Shown one piece after another: positions 58,128 to 64,000 of a stretch of 64,000 bases of DNA. Position 1 is the first letter of the stretch. Each line of letters opens with the position of its first letter. The translations under genes were made by a program, and so were the position numbers. This DNA comes from an uncultured Phascolarctobacterium sp. (GTDB lineage Bacteria; Bacillota; Negativicutes; Acidaminococcales; Acidaminococcaceae). Where the stretch lies: positions 8,155 through 72,154 of the forward strand of contig CAZVSX010000006.1 of NCBI GenBank assembly GCA_964630355.1, given 5' to 3'. The notes below the pieces were generated by a model. That model was not told the DNA's origin. It searched no databases and was given only the letters and a program-made list of their open reading frames with translations.

Positions 58128-59520
58128 GCATTTCACTTTTTTGTAGCAATCCCAGACCTACGCTCACACGTCTTTCTCGTCCATCAGATGGCATATTCAC
58201 CAATTTCCCATTGATAACCATCTCACTGCTGCCGCCTCCGTCAAAGTTCAATGCACTATCAGCACCAAGACGCAGCATATATTGAGCAAGCTCTGTCAGA
58301 GTCATACCACTGCTGAAACTGTTTCTCCCATCAACAACCACCAACAAAACTGTGCCATCTTTCTTTATTCCTAAAGCTGTACGCGGTGCTCTGCCTCTGC
58401 TTATATCCGGTGCAATATTCTCTGCCTCTGTACGTACATTAACACGTCCATGAGCAAGCAGCAACGGCCCTCCGCTGACAACTATATCTGCTTTATCAGC
58501 AGTCTCACTCCCCAAGCTTTGCTCCAATATTACATAATCGCCAATCTTTAAATCTGCTAAAGCTGCTGCATTTGTTCCGTGTCCGGAAAGTACTACTGTA
58601 TCCGCTTCAATAGGCATATTTCCCGCAGTACTTACAGCTACAACATTTCCATTTTTAAGCTTAACCTCACGTCCATAAATATTAGTTTTTGTTGTAGGAG
58701 CATAGTAAGAATTAAACAAAATCAAATCATTGCTAATACGGCTGCGATTCATTCCAGTAATTTTCAGTTTTCTTCCATTAGGCAGTACTGCTGAACCTCG
58801 ATAAGCAATATCCGGTATTATCTGCTTCAAAGCACCAGTTGCTGCGTAACCGCTGCGAGGCTGTCCATCTACAGCCATATAGCTGCCATTATCTTTTACA
58901 TTACCGATAACCCATCCATCACTGTCAAAATAAGATGCATTTACAGCTGCTAACATACCTCTCTGAGCTGCCTGCTGCGACAACAATCCACGCCCATTAT
59001 AAGTACCTGCAGCAGAAAATGGTCGGAGTTCAAAATAACTTTCAGGCGCAACAGACACCACATAGGTCTGCACCTGTCTGCCGTTCATTTCATCCTGCAT
59101 AAAAGTATAACTAACGCCCTTTGCCAACTGACGTATCTGTTTCATAATATTTATTCGATATATATCAATTACCAATCGGTTTGGTGTTTTTAATTGATAT
59201 ACTTTATACTGGCAGTCACGGTTTAAATCCACAACCAATTTAGCCGCCTGTGTACCAACAGGCAGCAGCCGCACACGTTTTACATAAGCGTCTTTAAACT
59301 CCAGTTCTTTCTTTTCTGTACTGCTTTCAGGCAGCACTACCGTCAACTGCATCCCATTCTTACTTTGCTCAAAATTAATAGATTCCAAGCTGTCCAACAC
59401 AATTCTTACTCTAGCAGGACTGATGCTGCTGCGTATATCTGTAATCGCTGCTGCCTGCACATTTATATTAAAAAACATCAACAGCAAAACTATACAACCG
59501 CAAAAATATCTTCTATTCAA
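58117..59520 (-). CDS. Phosphodiester glycosidase (NAGPA-like) with an N-terminal AMIN-like domain
   Basis: Signal peptide, AMIN-like (RIVLD...L..PNRLVID), AVNA.YF, GGP.L, PRTA.G, VVDGR, A.N.DGGGS; start 59520 or 59541. Confidence 0.82.
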   Translation of the reverse strand: MNRRYFCGCIVLLLMFFNINVQAAAITDIRSSISPARVRIVLDSLESINFEQSKNGMQLTVVLPESSTEKKELEFKDAYVKRVRLLPVGTQAAKLVVDLNRDCQYKVYQLKTPNRLVIDIYRINIMKQIRQLAKGVSYTFMQDEMNGRQVQTYVVSVAPESYFELRPFSAAGTYNGRGLLSQQAAQRGMLAAVNASYFDSDGWVIGNVKDNGSYMAVDGQPRSGYAATGALKQIIPDIAYRGSAVLPNGRKLKITGMNRSRISNDLILFNSYYAPTTKTNIYGREVKLKNGNVVAVSTAGNMPIEADTVVLSGHGTNAAALADLKIGDYVILEQSLGSETADKADIVVSGGPLLLAHGRVNVRTEAENIAPDISRGRAPRTALGIKKDGTVLLVVVDGRNSFSSGMTLTELAQYMLRLGADSALNFDGGGSSEMVINGKLVNMPSDGRERRVSVGLGLLQKSEMLVK

Positions 59521-59577
59521 ATTCAGCACCTCATCAATCATAAAACATTCGTTAATTTTTATCTAAACATTCTACAC

Positions 59578-59610
59578 AAAAAAGAGCTGCACACCAAAAG
59601 TGAGCAGCTC
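59578..59610 (-). terminator. Intrinsic terminator after mbl
   Basis: GAGCTGC...GCAGCTC stem plus U-tract on the minus strand. Confidence 0.7.
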
Positions 59611-59620
59611 CACAAAGAAC

Positions 59621-60646
59621 TTATTCAGACAAATTAGATGCAGTATAAATAGTTCCCGGATGAAGTTTATCCAAGTTTTCCAAAGCTTTACCCGTTCCCA
59701 AAGCAACACATTCAAGAGGATTATCAGCAATATGAGTTGTAATACCAGTTTCATGCTGCATAACTTCAGCTAACCCATCAAGCAATGCACCGCCGCCCGT
59801 TAAATAAATGCCATTATCTACAATATCAGCAGCCAATTCCGGAGGACATTTCTCCAAAACACCACGTACAGTGGCGATAAGCGAAGCCACCGAATCTTCC
59901 AAAGCTGTACGACAGTCATCACTTGATACACAAAAAGTAGTTGGCAGACCAGTAACCATATCACGACCGCGTACAGTTATAGATTCATTACGTCCATCCT
60001 TAACCACAGTAGCAACCTTGACTTTAATTTCTTCAGCTGTACGTTCACCAATAAGCACATTATGTACTTTTTTTACATGACGTACAATTGCTTCATCAAA
60101 ATGGTCACCTCCAATACGAATAGAGGAATCTACAACAATACCGCCAAGGCTCAGTACAGCAATGTCTGTTGTTCCACCGCCAATATCTACAACCATATTT
60201 CCGCGAGGCACAGAAATATCAATTCCTGCACCTAATGCAGCAGCCAATGGTTCTTCAATCAAATAGGTCTTAGAAGCTCCTCCCTGAGTAGTAGCTTCCA
60301 TAACAGCACGCTTTTCCACAGATGTAATCCCAATGGGTACACAGGTCATAACACGAGGTTTAAAAAACAAACTTTTCCCAGCGACTTTTTCTATCACATA
60401 TGCTAAAAGTTTTTGCGTAACTGTATAATTGGCAATGACACCTTCTTTTAATGGGCGAATAGCAACAATGCTTCCTGGAGCACGGCCAAGCATTTCTCTG
60501 GCATTATCACCTACTGCCAATACTTTATTACGTACCTTATCAATAGCAACCACAGAAGGCTCTTTTAGGACAACGCCCTTACCCTTGACAAAAACAAGGA
60601 TATTGGCAGTACCTAAATCTATACCTATATCCATACTTTTAAACAT
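59621..60646 (-). CDS. mbl: MreB-like actin homologue (Mbl by position after murA)
   Basis: IGIDLGTAN, EPSVVA, DIGGGTT, GERTAE.IK, GRD, TGGGALL; no mreCD alongside. Confidence 0.85.
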   Translation of the reverse strand: MFKSMDIGIDLGTANILVFVKGKGVVLKEPSVVAIDKVRNKVLAVGDNAREMLGRAPGSIVAIRPLKEGVIANYTVTQKLLAYVIEKVAGKSLFFKPRVMTCVPIGITSVEKRAVMEATTQGGASKTYLIEEPLAAALGAGIDISVPRGNMVVDIGGGTTDIAVLSLGGIVVDSSIRIGGDHFDEAIVRHVKKVHNVLIGERTAEEIKVKVATVVKDGRNESITVRGRDMVTGLPTTFCVSSDDCRTALEDSVASLIATVRGVLEKCPPELAADIVDNGIYLTGGGALLDGLAEVMQHETGITTHIADNPLECVALGTGKALENLDKLHPGTIYTASNLSE

Positions 60647-60717
60647 TCTTATCTCCTTTTTCATTTAAGCAGCAATTACTGAAAGCAAACTGTCTGCTTA
60701 CGCAAAACCACAATGTT

Positions 60718-61980
60718 TTAATCTATATTCACACGAGCAATATCTGCTCCCAAGGATTTCAATTTGCTGACAATATTTTCATATCCACGATCAATATGAT
60801 AAATATCTCCAATGCAGGTAGTTCCCTCGGCAACCAACCCTGCAAGAATCATTGCTGCACCAGCACGCAAATCAGTAGCTCGTACATCACAGCCTGTAAG
60901 TTTACAAGGTCCATCAATAACAGCACTTCGTCCTTCTGTAGAAATCTGTGCTCCCATACGATTAAGTTCAACTACGTGCATGAAACGATTTTCAAAAACA
61001 GTTTCGGTAACCTTGCTGCGTCCTGCTGCAATAACCATCATTGCCATCATCTGTGCCTGCATATCAGTAGGAAATCCCGGATAAGGCAGGGTTTTAATAG
61101 ATACCGCCTTTAAAGGATTTTGACCAATAACTCTCACCTTATCAATATCTTCTTCTACAATTGCACCTGCTTCACGTAATTTAGCAATTAATGGTTTTTG
61201 ATGTTCCGGCAGTACATTTTCCACAACTACATCACCACCTGTCATAGCAGCAGCAATCATATATGTACCAGCCTCAATACGGTCAGGAATAATCGTATAA
61301 TCAGCACCATGAAGTTCTTTTACACCCTCAATGCGAATAGTATCAGTTCCTGCACCGCGTATTTTAGCCCCCATCTTATTCAGATAATTTGCTAAATCGA
61401 CAATTTCAGGTTCTTCAGCAGCATTTTCTAAAATAGTAGTTCCCTCAGCAAGAGAAGCTGCCATTATAATATTTTCAGTTGCACCTACGCTGGGAAAATC
61501 AAAATAAATGCTCGTACCCTTCAAACCATCAGGTACACTTGCTTCAATATATCCATGACCCTGTTCAATTTTAACACCCAATGCTTCAAATGCTTTTAAA
61601 TGAATGTCTATTGGACGTGCCCCAATAGCACAACCACCGGGCATAGAAATACGTGCTTTACCAATACGTGCCAACAGAGGCCCCATTACCAAAAAAGAGG
61701 CACGCATAGTACGAACCAACTCATATGGTGCTTCATATGAAGTAATTTCAGTACTGTCAATATCCAAAACATTAGCTTTAGGACTGGTAACCGTCAGTCC
61801 CAAGCATTTCAAAACTTCACTTATAGTATGCACATCCTCCAACATGGGAACCTCATCCAAATGACTAGGCGTTTTTCCCAGAATAGAAGCTGCAATAATA
61901 GGCAACACAGCGTTTTTCGCACCGCTTGTTTTTACTGTACCAACAAGGCGATTACCACCTTTTACAATTAGTTTCTCCAA
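60718..61980 (-). CDS. murA: UDP-N-acetylglucosamine 1-carboxyvinyltransferase
   Basis: [57 protein letters not shown]. Confidence 0.97.
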   Translation of the reverse strand: MEKLIVKGGNRLVGTVKTSGAKNAVLPIIAASILGKTPSHLDEVPMLEDVHTISEVLKCLGLTVTSPKANVLDIDSTEITSYEAPYELVRTMRASFLVMGPLLARIGKARISMPGGCAIGARPIDIHLKAFEALGVKIEQGHGYIEASVPDGLKGTSIYFDFPSVGATENIIMAASLAEGTTILENAAEEPEIVDLANYLNKMGAKIRGAGTDTIRIEGVKELHGADYTIIPDRIEAGTYMIAAAMTGGDVVVENVLPEHQKPLIAKLREAGAIVEEDIDKVRVIGQNPLKAVSIKTLPYPGFPTDMQAQMMAMMVIAAGRSKVTETVFENRFMHVVELNRMGAQISTEGRSAVIDGPCKLTGCDVRATDLRAGAAMILAGLVAEGTTCIGDIYHIDRGYENIVSKLKSLGADIARVNID

Positions 61981-62072
61981 AATAATCCTCCTGCATGTGC
62001 GAAGTTAGAACAATTTTTCATAAGAACTATTTTATCATTATTACCAGTCTGTTTTCAATACTTATAACAAAG

Positions 62073-62094
62073 AAAAAGCCGGTAATTCCGGCTT
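62073..62094 (-). terminator. Intrinsic terminator
   Basis: AAGCCGG / CCGGCTT plus U-tract on the minus strand, at the stop of the 61-aa gene. Confidence 0.7.
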
Positions 62095-62278
62095 AGAAAT
62101 TTATCCGCTGGCGGTCTGCAAGAATATTATAATAAGTTTCTTTTTCCATCAGCTCACGGCGAATTGTTTTCTTCGCTTCTTCGTCATTACATTCAGCTAA
62201 GCGCTTACGCAAAAATGCAATATCCTGCTTCAGCATCAGCATCTTATTTCCAGCCAGACTTTCTGCAACATCAGCCAT
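62093..62278 (-). CDS. Small hypothetical helical protein (61 aa)
   Basis: Strong RBS GGGAGGG, its own terminator, protein-like helical composition. Confidence 0.7.
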   Translation of the reverse strand: MADVAESLAGNKMLMLKQDIAFLRKRLAECNDEEAKKTIRRELMEKETYYNILADRQRINF

Positions 62279-62353
62279 CTTGCAATCCCTCCCTTTTCTA
62301 TATCTTATAGCATACTATATGCCGCTTTTTTATGCAAGAAAAAACTAATAAAG

Positions 62354-62387
62354 AAAAACTGCCTGAGTCAGCTTCTCAGACAGTTTT
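62354..62387 (-). terminator. Intrinsic terminator
   Basis: Minus strand AAAACTGTCTGAG / CTCAGGCAGTTTT plus U-tract. Confidence 0.7.
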
Positions 62388-62394
62388 CCATCAA

Positions 62395-63090
62395 CTATAT
62401 TTCTATAAATTGTACAGCATTATCATTACGATAGCTTTGTGCTAAAATCTCCAGCTGTTTATCGCCAGCAATATTACCTGCAACAACTGTCTGAGGACGC
62501 ATAAGACTTACACTCAAATCGCTGAACATAAGACGCAGCTGCTGTAGCATCAGCATATCACCTGCATTAACATTCCCAGGTATTCGCTCAGCTAAGTGCC
62601 AGTACAGTTGTTTTAAAATGTAACTTTCATTTTTATTATATTCCTTAATATTATCTACAATATTATAAGGATATATAAACTCATCTCTCCAAGTTGCTTT
62701 GTACAAATCAAGCACTTTAGTTTCATACTCTGCTTTTATCGCACTCCACTCTTGATGATAAACATCTTTCATCATATTATCCAGTTTATCACGGCAGCTG
62801 ATAACTTTACGGCAGCGTATCAACATAGCATAAATTAAAGCACTTTCCTGCGGCAGAACAACAGCCGTCTGTGGTGTAACCGCCAATAACTGCATTACAT
62901 TGACTTTATTATAAAGTCTTACCACAGCAAGTTCAGCAAATCTTAAATGCTGCATTGAAAGAGATGTATCAGTGTCATTCACAGGTAATCCTGCTTCTTT
63001 CAGTTCTGACAACTCACTTTCACTTATAAGCAACAGAACATTACACAAATCTTTTCTTTCAAGCAGTCTTTTTACTGCTTCTAGCAACAT
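62395..63090 (-). CDS. Hypothetical protein (231 aa)
   Basis: ATG overlaps the aminopeptidase stop (TAATG), followed by a terminator; no family recognised. Confidence 0.65.
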   Translation of the reverse strand: MLLEAVKRLLERKDLCNVLLLISESELSELKEAGLPVNDTDTSLSMQHLRFAELAVVRLYNKVNVMQLLAVTPQTAVVLPQESALIYAMLIRCRKVISCRDKLDNMMKDVYHQEWSAIKAEYETKVLDLYKATWRDEFIYPYNIVDNIKEYNKNESYILKQLYWHLAERIPGNVNAGDMLMLQQLRLMFSDLSVSLMRPQTVVAGNIAGDKQLEILAQSYRNDNAVQFIEI

Positions 63091-64000
63091 TATTTATCAC
63101 TTCCAAGGAAAGCTGCAAAAGCTTTATGTGTATAATACACATCCAGTTTAGAACTTAATTCAAATGGAGAATGCATACATAAAATAGGTACACCTAAATC
63201 AACAACATCCATATCCATAGAGGCAACATAAAGTGCAACAGTACCGCCGCCGCCTTCATCTACTGCTCCCAGCTCACCAATCTGCCAATAAACACCAGCT
63301 TCATCCATAATGCTGATAATTTTAGCCATTGTCTCTGCACTGGCATCATTAGAGCCAGATTTACCGCGAGCACCAGTATACTTAGTAAGGCAGGGGCCTT
63401 TATTAATAAAGCAGCTGTTTCGCTCCTCATATACAGAAGCAAAAGAAGGATCATAGGCACCATTAACATCAGAAGACAAAGCAATACTATTGCGCAAAAC
63501 CTTACGAACAGATACACCTTGGCTTGCTGCCAAATCTTCTAAATAATGCAAAACAAAATCAGAACTTAAACCAGTATTACCATAAGAGCCTATTTCTTCT
63601 TTATCCGCCAATACAGTTACTGTTGTATAATAAGGATTTTTAACAGAAATCTCAGCAGTCAAGGCAGTATAAGCACAAACTTTATCATCCTGCCCATAAG
63701 CACCAATAAGACTGCGGTCAAAACCTATATCCATAGCCTTAGTAGCCGGTACAAACTCAATCTCTGCACGCATAAAATCCTGCTCTGTTACACCGTAACG
63801 TTCATTAAGCAATGCCAATGCATTAAGCTTTACTGCCTCTTTTATACCGTCCTCTTCTGCTGGATTAACAAAAGGCAGACTGCCAATAACAATATTCAGC
63901 TCCTCGCCCTTAATTCCCTCACTTAACTTACGTTCATTCTGTTTAGCACCAAGATGCGGCAGCAAATCAGTTACGCAAAAAACTGGGTCTCCTTCTGCCT
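63090..64000 (-). CDS. M18 family aminopeptidase, 3' part; starts beyond the window
   Basis: DLLPHL, YGQDD.VC, DKEE.GS, SSDV, KYTGARGK, GGGGTV, D.G......MHSP.E. Confidence 0.9.
   Translation of the reverse strand, partial: AEGDPVFCVTDLLPHLGAKQNERKLSEGIKGEELNIVIGSLPFVNPAEEDGIKEAVKLNALALLNERYGVTEQDFMRAEIEFVPATKAMDIGFDRSLIGAYGQDDKVCAYTALTAEISVKNPYYTTVTVLADKEEIGSYGNTGLSSDFVLHYLEDLAASQGVSVRKVLRNSIALSSDVNGAYDPSFASVYEERNSCFINKGPCLTKYTGARGKSGSNDASAETMAKIISIMDEAGVYWQIGELGAVDEGGGGTVALYVASMDMDVVDLGVPILCMHSPFELSSKLDVYYTHKAFAAFLGSDK

Noticed and set aside
1-64000. Mobile elements, prophage, CRISPR arrays, tRNA and rRNA
   Set aside because: No transposase, integrase or phage ORFs, no repeat-spacer arrays, and no intergenic segment with tRNA or rRNA features

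Overview
This is a core-genome segment from a diderm Firmicute (Negativicutes; Acidaminococcaceae/Phascolarctobacterium-like by gene content, inferred). Almost all genes are on the minus strand. Most of the window (~5.5-62 kb) is the large outer-membrane biogenesis cluster. In transcription order it runs: murA, mbl, NAGPA-like, biotinyl-like, SpoIVB-like, mlaEFD, tolC, tamB, a sigma factor, a TM protein, bamA, a hypothetical, 3x skp, lpxD, acyltransferase, lpxC, fabZ, lpxA, lpxI, lpxB, msbA, a waaA::lpxK fusion, kdsB/A/D/C, acyltransferase, lptC/A/B, a single lptF/G, DUF3084 and a YqgF-like gene, then later a short lptD, the ADP-heptose pathway and two GT9 heptosyltransferases. The cluster is interrupted by fchA, a plus-strand serC-serA-phosphatase operon under a Ser T-box with a duplicated antiterminator/terminator module, TPP-riboswitch-controlled thiC and a VirK/YbjX gene. 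The left end holds a degenerate orphan DUF3226-like gene, an AGCS symporter, a lipoprotein barnase with barstar, an ABC-F ATPase and a MATE pump with a structured leader. No mobile elements, CRISPR arrays, rRNA or tRNA were seen. The most interesting candidates are a sigmaE/K-shaped sigma factor with a membrane partner and an exported SpoIVB-like protease inside the OM cluster, a half-size LptD with an adjacent VirB10-like protein, the WaaA-LpxK fusion, the double-terminator T-box and the MATE leader. All family calls are by motif recognition; no database searches were run.
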